This document shows positions 1 to 11,320 of a DNA stretch of 64,000 bases, piece after piece. The notes beneath the pieces were generated by a model, which saw only the letters and a program-made list of their open reading frames with translations, had not been told where the DNA came from and did no database searches. The DNA is from Azolla caroliniana. Lineage: Eukaryota > Plantae > Polypodiophyta. Position numbers and translations under genes: made by a program. The first letter of the stretch is position 1, and each line of letters opens with the position of its first letter. The stretch covers positions 15,438,001-15,502,000 of the forward strand of contig JBHGNT010000004.1 in the NCBI GenBank assembly GCA_043228905.1. Direction: 5' to 3'.

Positions 1-3000
1 ATACCTCCACCTGTAGATCCTTAAGTAGCCGCTTCAACCATAAGGCTTCCCATGTCGCGACAACCGCTCCTCTATACTTGGCTTCGGTGCTCGACAACGC
101 AACTGTCAGTTGCTTCTTACTACTCCACGCGATCGCGGCACTCCCAAGAGAGAACGCGAAACCGGACGTGGATTGGCGATCGCCGGCATTTCCGGCCCAA
201 TCAGCATCGGTGTAACTGACCAACTGCGCAGCAGTATCGGCCCGATATAGTAGCCCCTGGTCCTTAGTGCCACTGAAGTACCGGAGTACGTGTTGTGCGC
301 ACTGAAGGTGCTCCTCGGTCGGTCATGCCATGAACTGACTGATCATCCCGACCGGGTAGTTGAGATCTGGTCGGGTGATGGTCAAGTATATAAGGCTTCT
401 GACTATCTGTCGGAACCTCGTCGGGTCGCATACCTTTCCAGAATCGGGTCGAAGCTTGACGGTTCTATCCAGAGGAGTCGAGACGGACTTACAATCGGCC
501 ATCCCGAATTTGAAGAGCATATTCAGCGTGTAATGACATTGGCTGATCAAGATGCCTTCAGGGGTATGGATCACTTCGATCCCGAGGAAGTAGTGAAGGT
601 TCCCCAGATCCTTCATGTCAAATGATGCCGCGAGTTGGAACTTTACGCGGTCAATTTCACCAAGGTCGGCGCCGGTGATGACGAAATCATCAACATAAAG
701 TAAGATAATAACCGGCCCGAGTCGATCTCTCCGAATGAATAGTGAGGAGTCCGATTTTGACGTTGTAAAGCCCAATCGACGCAATCGTTGCGTGATCTTC
801 ACGTTCCAGGCACGCGGGGCTTGCTTTAGTTCATAAAGGGACTTCTTCAATCGGCACACTGCCGAAGTGTTCGTTCCGGAGTGAAATCCGGGGGGTTGTA
901 CCATGTACACCTGTTCCTCAAGCTCACCTCAGGAATGCATTCCTTACATCCATCTGATGTAAGTGCCACCCCTTTGCCGCAGCTACCGCGAGCAAAACAC
1001 GGACGATCGTCATCTTCGCGACCGGCGCGAACGTTTCATCGTAGTCGATGCCGTGTTTCTGCGCGTAACCTTTCACTACTAACCGGGCCTTGTATCGGTT
1101 GACCGAGCCATCGGTGTTGTACTTGACCTTGTACACCCACTTGCCTCCGATCGACTTCACACCTTTTGGTGCATCAACCAGGTCCTAGGTTTCATTCTCC
1201 GCTAATGCGCGCATCTCTTCCTCCATTGCGGCACGCTAATTCGCGTCCTTCGCCACTTCTGCGTAGCTCTCCGGGTCACGCACTTCCGCTACACACGTCA
1301 TGTACGCATAGTGATGCGCCATGTACTTGTTGTAACCGAACCGCACAACAAGGTTCTTCTGGCGGGTAGATCGGCGTAGTTGCTCATTAGCCGAAGTTGA
1401 GGCTTCCTTGGCCGACACGGACTTCGCTCCCGAAGACCTGTCATCACTTCCCTCGGAGTCGGACTTGCGTCGATCCGACTCGTTCCTATCTGTGCCGTAA
1501 TCCGACACCTTCTTCTTCCCTTTTTCTTTGCGTGTAAGCCGTCTCCTCGGCTTCCTGCGCGGGGAATGTACGGCCGAGTCTCCACTACTCGTTGTCTCCT
1601 CATCGGACTGGTCGAACCGATTTAGTTGTCTATTCGGTCCGCTTAACCAAAACGAAATCAGACTCTCTTCGCAGGTCCCGATTTCATGCTCATCCAGAGG
1701 CATCTCGGCTTCACTGACCTCATCGTCAGAACTCGGATTTGAGGTGAGGTTCGGAGTCAGAGGCAAGTACCAGGACGCGGACTCGTCAAACACAACGTCA
1801 CGGCTCACGCGCGCTTGTTTGGTGCGAGGGTTATAACACTTATAACCCTTCTGCTCCTCCGAGTAGCCAACCAAGATACACTTCTCGGTTTCGTGTCCAA
1901 CTTCCTCCGTTTCTCCTTTGGCACATGCACATACGCAATGCTACCGAAAATTCTCAAGTGTTGTAGATTCGGCTTCCTTCCGAAATACAGCTCATGCGCT
2001 GACACTTTTTCTCCGATCTGATTCTGGATGTATACCGCGGTTCGTACCGCCTCCACCCAATAGAACTTGGGCAAGCTCTTTTCCTCCAGGATTGCCCGTG
2101 CCGCTTCCACAATCGACCGATTTTTCCTCTCGGCCACGCTGTTTTGCTCCGGCATGTATCTACAACTGAATTCGCGCCGAATTCCCATCTGTTGCAGATA
2201 GCCGTTGAATTGACCGGAAAAGTACTCTTTTCCGCCATCCGACCGCAAGCACTTGATCTTTCATCCTGTTTCTGTTTCCACGAACCCTTTGAGGTCCCGG
2301 AAATAGTCGAAGACTTCACTCTTCTTCTCGATGAGGTAGATCCATGTGTGGGGCATATAGTCGTTGATGAAGGAGACAAAATATCGACTCCCGCCAAGAC
2401 TAACGTTCTGTGCCGGCCCCCATACATCGGAATGTATCAAGTTGAGCTTGTTCCGGCTTCGGTTACACTCGTTTGGGAAAGGAAGTCAGTGTTGCTTCCC
2501 TAGCTGGCAGGCTTCACAAATTTGTGCCTTTCGGCCACTAAATTTGGGCAATCCGAACACCACCTATTTCGATTGCAGGTCCTGAAGCCATTGATAGTTG
2601 ACATGGCCTATCCGCTTGTGCCATAAGTGGATTCCGAGTCGACTTTTTGTCCTTTCGCGAACATTGAGGTGCCACCGTCACTAGAGTCGAGGATAAACAT
2701 CCTCCCATCTCTACGCCCTTGCGCAATAACTCGGCCTTCTTCCTCGATGAAGCATCTAAGATTCGTGAACTGGACTTGCATATCTTGGTCAAATCTGCCT
2801 GACCGACACCAGATTCTTCGTCATTGTTGGGACGTGTAACATGTTCATGAGTTTCCCTTTCTGCCCGACATGGCTCAAGGGAACTTCACAAACACTCGTG
2901 ATCGGATGCGGAGTGTCGTCTCCGGTTGCAACTACTCCTAGTTGTATCGGTTTTTCTAGGTACGAGAATCACTCCTTGCGGCACGTCATGTTGTTTGACG

Positions 3001-4020
3001 CGCCGTAGTCGACGTACCACACCTCATCCGATTTCGGGGTGGACTTCTTCATCGAGTTCGCTTCGTGTCTCATCATGAAGGCTGACCCTTTTCCTGATCC
3101 TTCGGCGTAGTGCGATCGCTGCCGATTACCCTTGTCGGTCTGTCCGGAACCTAATCCGGACCCGGTTTTCTCCGAATCGGCGCGCTTTTTCCAGCACTCG
3201 CTCTCCCTGTGGCCTTTCTTGCCACAGTACCAGCATTCCGTGGCGGATTTTCCTTGCCGGTCTCATCGCCTTGACTCCCCCTATTTCCGGAGGGTTCAGA
3301 GTTGCTGTCAGCATCACTTCGGTGCCTTCTTCCTTGGTCCCGTCGGCCGCCTCCGTTGCGCACCGACTCGTCTCATCCGCCACGACCACGGGGCCTATCT
3401 CCCTCTGTGTACAACATCTTGTTGTCATCATGCGTGCTCATCGATGCACCCGCGTGGTTCTCCTCTATAAGGAGCATCGACTGTAAGTCGAAAAACGACG
3501 GTGTATTCTCTCGTGTACACGCAGCAGTTCGGAATGCTCCGAACTTCGACGCCAATCCCCCGAGACAGATCTGCACCATCTCGCCTTCCTCCACGTTCAC
3601 ATCAATGTAGGCTAAAGAGTCACATATATCTTTAATCTTCGAGGTGTAATCGGCCACCAACAAGTCGCGTTCTCGTAGGTTGCTCAGCTCCTATCGGAGT
3701 TGAAGCTTGCTAGCTATAGTGCTTGCGGCAAAAATCTTCTTCAGATTTCCCCAAGAATCTTCGGCGTTTTCGCATCCCGAATGTAGCTTAGGAGCAGTTC
3801 GCCCACACAAGACGCGAAGCAATACAGTACTCTGCTTGCTGACTGTTCCCACACCGGGAAATCTTTGTGTGTCGACTCGGGTGCTGTGTCATTTGCTCCG
3901 TCGACGTAACTCCAGTAATCGTGCCCGAGCAGGTTACTGGTGCATCTTGTAGGACCAAGATGCGTAGTTGTTTCTGTCAAGCTTCTCCGTCGGAAGCGAG
4001 CTAGCCATGCCTCTATCCAT
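1..4020 (-). pseudogene. Copia gag-pol pseudogene
   Basis: Starts MDRGMASSLPTEKLD; many stops and frameshifts; collinear with 11779-16412. Confidence 0.9.
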
Positions 4021-4090
4021 CGGTTTTACCTGTTCTTCTTGGTTGGTTTTTCTTTTCAAGCTATGTCGGCTGCAGAGGTTCTCAACCCTC

Positions 4091-4104
4091 GCGCTCTGAT
4101 ACCA
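4091..4104 (-). promoter_or_regulatory. Primer binding site, tRNA-iMet
   Basis: TGGTATCAGAGC directly after the LTR end. Confidence 0.9.
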
Positions 4105-4207
4105 TGTTAAAAAGGAATAGCGTGCGGAAGCAAGTAGGAAACCGAACACCGAGAATATGCAGGTTTAATGGAGAGCTGGTATATGCACAGTACACGGGAG
4201 AGACAGA

Positions 4208-7200
4208 TGTTATTGCTAGGGCTGGACAACAGCCTAACACAGGGTGTCCACTCAAGACACGTCACCAAAGGGTGGTATGGCAGAATGACTTAGGGCACAT
4301 CGCTTAATTAGACCTTAATCGATTACTTAGCCATCCATAATTAACACGCATAAGATATGACAATAATTAAAGAACGGTAATCAACACTTAAAGATTAAGA
4401 CCATAAGCTTTATTAATTATCCGCTCTTGATTACATTGTAACCGGGCCTTTATATAGGTCTCCAGTGCGAAATACAAAACGGTGCCAACCGGCACCTTTA
4501 CGGTATCGTTCCGGATCCGGATCGGCATACCGATTCCGGTCCGTCCGTCCACATAATAATATGTATATATTAAGACTACCAATTCCAACAGTTCCCGAAT
4601 AACTATTCCTTTCACACTCTGGTTTGGACCTCCTTTAGCCTTCTTTGTCGGCCGGTAACACATGGCACGCCCGTGGGACAGTACCTTGTACGTCGAACCC
4701 ATTATCCGGCCCCTTTTATGCTTCGTCCAAAATGTCCAGAATGCTTTGCTCCAAAATTTCCAATGGCTCGTCGGGAATCTGTTGTTGCTGTTGTTGTTTC
4801 GTTTGTGGCTGTGGCTGCTGCTCCGTTTGTGGCTCTGGCACCGGTGTTTCCGTCCTTGGTTCCTTCGTCGGAGTTGTCTGCGGCCGACTGACCCCGGCCT
4901 GTTCCCCCTCCAGTCTTTGCACCGGCGACGGTTCCTCATCACTAAGGTTGACCGTTGCCGCCTTTCGCGCTTTTTCTTCCCGGAGCCGGGACCGCTCATA
5001 GCTTTCGAACTGGATTTGAGCCTCTAGTCGATCATCGTCTAGTTGAGGTACGAGCTACCGGACCTGCACCAATTGTTCATCCGCCAGGGCTGTGAAATCT
5101 TCCGCCAGCTCGTCCTTGATGGTGGTGAAGTCCTCCGAGGTCAACATATAACAGTCGTCGCCCTCCTTTCGTCGATTTTCAACGTCCGCCCTAAGCAATT
5201 GTAGTTCCGTGGTATTCTGCGCCCATTTTGCCCACCAACGCACAGAGCTGTCATCAATCAAGCTTTTGGTTTTAGTGAGCCATGACCGGAGGATGCACTG
5301 GATCCGTTCGGCTCCCATTTGTGATTTATTTTCTACGGCTTGTCGCTCTTCCTTCAACTGCTTGATGCTCCGAACCGTGTCCGCCTCTTGCTCCCTATAA
5401 TGCGACAATTGAGTTTGATAGGTTGTTTGCAACCTCTGTAGTACCATTGTCGCTCTTTCCTTGTCTTCATGGTTCTGTTTGTGGAGCTCCATCCGGGCAT
5501 TCGCCGCTTCCTCCAATAGCCTGGAACTTTCCGCTCGTTCTTCGGCGAGTGCCGTTGTGGCCTTATCAACCTCTTGCCGGAGCTCGGCCATCCGTTGCTG
5601 ATGCTCCGTCTCCAGTTGCTTGTAGTCCCGATGCAGATGATCGAAATCATCGGTCTTCTGCTTCAGCCTTTGGTTTATCTGACGGCGCGCGCGGTCCTCC
5701 CGGAGCTCTTCCTTCAGCCACTCGATTTCCGTTTCCGCCATCCGTCGCAGCTTGTCTTTTTCCTGCAACACTTTCTCTTTTTCCTCCTTCAGCTGGTCGT
5801 AAGCATGATGTTCTTTACGCAGGTTTTCCTCTGCACGGCGAAGGTTCTCAGCAGTCTTTCTTAATTCTTCTTCGGCTGCCTTCTTCAAGTCACATCCGCG
5901 GCTCCGTAATGCTTCTTGTGCGGCTAGCTCATCTCGTAATACCGCAAGCTCTCGGGCTTGCGTCGCCTCTTTCTCCGGGACCGTTTGTGTCTTCGGGGTC
6001 TTATTCTTCTGTACATCAACCGGAGTCACCGGTGCTTGGACTTGTGTTGTGGTTAAGGCCATTTTGGCCATATCTCCTGTGATCCGATCCAAGTCTTGTT
6101 CCAGGCACCGGATCCTTGACCGGGCAGTCTCCAGTTCATCAGTTGTGACGAGAAACCATTCTGTTTGCGCTCTTTCCTCCGCCTCTATGCATCTGACTAC
6201 TCCGGCAATTTGGTCTCCTATCCACTGGAGCCATTGGTTGGTGCACTATTGTTGCGCTTGCACGGAGAGTTGGCTGATGGGTTCACTTGCTGGTGGCTGG
6301 TCCCGCATTTCTGCGTCTAGTTGCGCTTCTGGTTCTGCCAGCTGACCACTTTGCCGTTCCGGCTCTGAGTGTATTTCGTCTGGTCGCCCCTTGTCTGCTT
6401 GTTCTTGGATGGCTCGGGCGGTTGGCCTTTGTATCTCCGGCTATTGGGTGACGGGGCTTGCCGGTGCTGCCTGTTGTGCTGGGACTTCTGTGACCGGTTC
6501 CGGTGCCTCCCTTGGCGTGGGTTGCTCAGCGTGAGTTGCGGGTGTTCCATCCTTCTGTGGGTCCGAACGTTTCCCGGCTGATTCTGCGGTGCTCTTCACC
6601 GGCCGCCGCTAGAGGTTCTCCGTGGGTTCTTCCTCCATCTCTTCCGCTTGAGTCCCGACATTCATTCTTGCCGCCAAGGTGTCCGTTTCCTGTTGCGCCA
6701 ATCGGTTGAGTGGGCTCTTCATGGCCCGTGCCGATGTCTCCTCGTGCGTGTCCATCGGTCGCTTCCGGCTGGCGCGCTCCTTCGCCGCCTTCTCTGCTTC
6801 GGCAGTCTTCCCCTTAGTGGCCTTGGAAGCCAACAGTTGTTGCCGTTTCGAAGCAGGTTTCGAGGTGCCGTCCGTTGTTCTTCCCCGCTTCTTGGTTTGG
6901 ATGGGCTTGACCGGTGGTGCCAACAGGGTGAGCCATTGTGTCACTGCATGCCATATTTTCCGGCCTTCCTTGCCGTCCTTTCCCCTTACTATATCAATGG
7001 CCGTACACAGCCCGTCGGCGATCAACACCGGCCAATCTACCTTGACCCCTTCGTACGTTGCGATGATCAAGCCTGCTCGGTTCTGAGGCATGACGGGGGG
7101 TCGAGGGTACACGTGGCCGAACTCGTGGAGCACACGGGCAATTTCTCGGAATAGCATATCTTCGTTGCCCTGTGTCCTATAGCCCTTGCTGGCTAGAGAG

Positions 7201-7443
7201 TACTCACCGAAATATTTGATGAGTTGTTCGGGGGTAGGATTGTCGATCGTGTAGATACAAAACGGTGCCAACCGGCACCTTTACGGTATCGTCCCGGATC
7301 CGGATCGGCATACCGATTCCGGTCCGTCCGTCCACATAATAATATGTATATATTAAGACTACCAATTCCAACAGTTCCCGAATAACTATTCCTTTCACAC
7401 TCTGGTTTGGACCTCCTTTAGCCTTCTTTGCCGACCGGTAACA
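4208..7443 (+). mobile_element. Non-autonomous LTR retroelement (Tat/Athila-like by inference) with antisense ORFs, inserted in the copia LTR
   Basis: TGTTA...TAACA termini; ACAGA TSD at 4203-4207 and 7444-7448. 5' LTR 4208-4660; partial 3' LTR ~7255-7443 matches ~4472-4660. PBS TGGCACGCCCGTGGGAC at 4663-4679 resembles the complement of the tRNA-Arg 3' end. Confidence 0.85.
4716..7271 (-). pseudogene. Fragmented antisense accessory ORF(s) of the LTR element: globular N-terminal part, low-complexity linker, long coiled coil
   Basis: ORFs 6609-7271 (...ATYEGVKVDWPVLIADGL), 5055-6092 (E/K/R/L-rich heptads) and 4716-4922 (Q/P-rich) are all on minus. Confidence 0.55.
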
Positions 7444-7753
7444 ACAGAGAGACAGAGAACACACAGAGAACTTAATTCAAAATAATACTCGATCTCTACA
7501 TACACCGTGCTCAGTGAGCACCTTTTATACAAGCCCTCGCAATAGGGCTGACACAAGTACTGACAGTACTTGACTGCTCATAAGTGAGCCTCAACACTTA
7601 CTCCCAAAATTATTCCTTACGAGGAATATCTCTCTAACGGCCTTCCGGTTTACGCACCGATACGGCCATGTTATGCGTACCGATTTACGCACCCAGTCTA
7701 CGCACTGGATTACGCATCGTGTTACGCACGAATGTTGAGCTTGTCTCTCAACA

Positions 7754-10301
7754 ATATCCCCTAAGAGAAAGGAGCCCCTCGCGAAGATTTCCGGATGAAG
7801 AGCGCATATTGGTAACTAATGAGGGGGAGCCGGAAAGCTTTGAAGAAGCTAAATTAGAAGATACCCACAACCGAAAGTGGTTGAGTGCCATGCAAGAGGA
7901 GATGGAATCCTTGCATGAGGACCACCCATATGAACTGACCGAACTACTAAGAGGAAAGAAGGCACTTCGGAATAAATGGGTATACAAGTTGAAATCGGGA
8001 GATGGCGGGAATCCACCTAGGTACAAAGCACGAATCATCGTGAAAGGCTTCCAATAGAAGAAGGGTGTCGATTTTGATGAAATATTTTCCCAGTTCGTAA
8101 AGATGACATCAATCCGAATTGTGCTAAGCATTGCGGCCAACATGGATCTCGAAGTCGAGCAATTGGATGTCAAGACGGCGTTTCTATACGGTGATCTTGA
8201 AGAGGAGATCTATATGGCACCAACCGAAAGGATTTGTGGAGAAAGGTAAAGAGAACCTAGTATGCCGATTGAGGAAGAGCTTGTATGGGTTGAAGTAAGC
8301 ACCTCGGCAATGGTACCAAATATTTGAATCCTTCATGACCGACAACGGGTACCACAAAAAGCAGGCCGATCACTGCGTATTTGTGAAGAAATTCGACGGA
8401 GGAGATTTCCTCATCCTTCTGTTGTACGTGGATGACATGTTGATTGTCAAACAGGACCATACGAAGATTCGAGTGCTGAAAAAGGCTTTGAACAAATCAT
8501 TCTCGATGAAGGATATGGGTCCAGCAAAGCAAATCCTAGGGATGCACATTGTTTGGGATCGAACAAAGAAACTATTGTGGCTGTCACAAGAAAAATACGT
8601 GACAAAGGTGCTCCAAAGATTCGGCATGGAAAGCGCGAAACCGGTCGGTTCGACCTAGAAATTCGAATCCTTCATAACCAACAACGAGTACCACAAAAAT
8701 CAGGCTGATCACTGCATATTTGTGAAGAAATTCGACGGAGGAGATTTCCTCATCCTTCTGTTGTACGTGGACGACATGCTGATTGTCAGACGGGACCATA
8801 CGAAGATCCGAGTGCTGAAAAAGGCTTTGAGCAAATCATTCTCGATGAAGGATATGGGTCCGGCAAAGCAAATCCTAGGGTTGCACATTGTTCTGGATCG
8901 AACAAAGAAACTGTTGTGGTTGTCACAAGAAAAATACGTGACAAAGGTGCTCCAAAGATTCGGCATGGAAAGCGCGAAACCGGTTGGCTCGACACTGCCG
9001 GCGAATTGCAAGCTAAGCAAAGAACAATGTTTGAAATCGAAAACCGAGAAAGACGAGATGTCAAAGCTTCCTTATGCCTCGGCAGTCGGAAGCTTGATGT
9101 ATGCGATAGTATATACTAGGCTGGTCATAGGATACGTAGTCGGCGTGGTTAGCTAATACATGAGCAACCCCGGAAGAGAGCATTGGGCTGTCGTGAAGTG
9201 GATTCTTTGGTACCTAAAAGGCACCTCGAATGTGTGTCTTCGTTTCGGTTCAGGTAACCCCACACTGGAAGGTTATACTGACTCCGACACGTCGTCTGAT
9301 GTGGATACCAGCCGATCCACGTCGGGTACGTAATGACTTATGTAGGGGTAGCCGTTTTGTGGTAGTCGAGGCTACAGAAGGCCATGGCGCTGTCAACCAC
9401 GGAAGCCGAATATATGGCCGTAGCGAAGGATTTTATCAGTGACCTGGGAATTCGACATGAGGAATTCGAACTCCATTGCGATAACTAGAGTGCCATCCTA
9501 CTTGCGAAAAATGCCGCCTACCACTCGAGAACCAAAGACATCCAAAGAAGATATCATTGGCTCCGAGCACGAGTAGAAGAAAAGGAATTTGTTCTAGTGA
9601 AGATCCACACAGTCGAAAATGGATCGGATATGCTGACGAAGGTGTTGTCCGTCGAAAAGCTAAACGCGTGCCGATAGAGAGTCGGTTTGATGAAGTACCC
9701 CATGCCGGAGTGAAGGGAGAGTTTGTTGGGAAACATGTCCCTCCGGATGGGAAGAGAAGGGTCATGTTGATGAGTATCTCGGTGGAGGCCAAAACAGAAA
9801 CCAAAACCAAAATCGTAATCCGAAACCAAAATCGAAATCGAAATCTTAATCGGAAACCGAAATCATTTAGGAAGACTATAATTGTAAATTGTCTAAAATG
9901 CCCTTGTGGGTTATACTTGTAAATAACCAAAAAGTTGTTTTTGTTTATAAGCAACTAGGGGAAACTTTAGTAAGCTGAAGAAGTTGATCATTATTGAAAA
10001 AGTTAGAATGAGGTAGTTGCCTCTGTAACCATGAGTGAGAGAGTGAGAGTGTAACTCTGTAGCCGTCTGTCAAACGAAGGAGAACTCGAGGTCGTTGCCT
10101 CCGAGTTCCGTATTTGTACTTCCTCTCTACTATAGTGATATGTTTTCTTGGGGTTTGTGGACCCCCGTGGTTTTTCCCATTTCAGGTTTTCCACGTAAAA
10201 TATCGGTGTCTCTGTGTCTGCACGTTTTTCTATCTGTGTACTACTTGTTTTCTACACACGAACACGAATGTGTAATCGGTTGTGGCCATTGATTTCTAGC
10301 A
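7754..10301 (+). mobile_element. 3' part of a Ty1/copia element (family 2): RT/RNase H, PPT and 3' LTR
   Basis: NKWVYKLK, LLLYVDDML and LSTTEAEY motifs; PPT gagtgaagggagag ~9708-9721; LTR TGTTGGGAAA at 9724 to ...TTTCTAGCA at 10301. Confidence 0.88.
8320..8995 (+). repeat. 339-bp tandem duplication inside the copia RT
   Basis: gaatccttcat at 8326 and 8665; the peptide KKFDGGDFLILLLYVDD...KPVGST occurs twice. Confidence 0.9.
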
Positions 10302-10539
10302 AATTTAACTTCATCGACAAGAACAAAGCATCATATCATCATAGCACCCTCTTTCCATATGTGAACATGTACAAAATTCAAGAAAATCTAGAACATGCAA
10401 CAAAGCCTAAAGTAAGAGGACACCCAGATTTCGTACCGGTTGCAGATGTTGTTGGAGAGGGGACATAACAAGTACAGGTTGCGAGCAAGGGAGGACACGA
10501 CGAGCAGAGAACGCTTGGAGGTTGCAGAGGGGTCACAAC

Positions 10540-11275
10540 CAAGGTTGTTAGGTACGTTAGATACGGTACGGATATCATACGTATATAACGTATTAATACG
10601 CATATAGTACCTCCCAATTTAAAAATACGTTAAATACGTTTTTTAATATGTTAAATACTTATAAAATACGTATTTTACATATAATACATTAAATACTTCT
10701 AGAATTTGTAATATTGTAACAAGCATCTATGTTTACACAATTTTGTGATGTACATTATAGTTCTACATCCTAAAATGCATATAAGACATTTGAACATTTC
10801 ACATCCTAAAATACTTATAATATGGATGTCGACATTCACTTATTCTATAAATCAGTGTAAGTGTGTATCACGATGTTCTATTTCAAATTGTAATTATGTA
10901 CAATGCCTTCATAGATTGAGGAACCGTCTACCATTATCACACTCAAGATAAGTTTCTCTCTTCTTTTCTCTCTTCTTCATCATCATCTTCTATCTTTTGT
11001 GATTATCACAATCAGAGTCAAGATAGGTTTTTGTCTTCTTTTCTCTCTTTTTCTTCTTCTTCTTCTTCTTCTTCGTCGTCGTCGTTGTGGTCGTCTCTTC
11101 TGTTCTTCTTTCTTCCTTCTTTTTGCTTCTTTATCAGTAAAATCTTTTTTTACTTTTCCTTTTTGTTGGGGTTTTACTTACATTTTTTTATAAATACGTA
11201 TTATACATGTTTTTTCAAATGTACGTTAAATACCGTATTGGACAAATGTACATGATATTTGACTGAGCAACATTG
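10540..11275. mobile_element. Possible decayed non-autonomous DNA transposon (hAT-like)
   Basis: Imperfect termini CAAGGTTGT / GCAACATTG and clustered AATACG-like subterminal motifs at both ends; no matching TSD. Confidence 0.3.
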
Positions 11276-11320
11276 AGGTATAGTACGTACTATACAAATG
11301 AAGAGGTACTATATGCATTT

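Larger units (their letters stand above)
1..7753 (-). mobile_element. Ty1/copia LTR retrotransposon (family 1), degenerate, 3' end outside window; 5' LTR interrupted by an insertion
   Basis: Broken gag-PR-INT-RT-RH ORFs on minus (e.g. 3373-3663, 1805-2248, 323-910 with YVDD). PBS tggtatcagagcgc at 4104-4091. 5' LTR is 4105-4207 plus 7449-7753 and begins TGTTGAGAGACAAGCTCAAC like the LTR at 11321. Confidence 0.93.
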
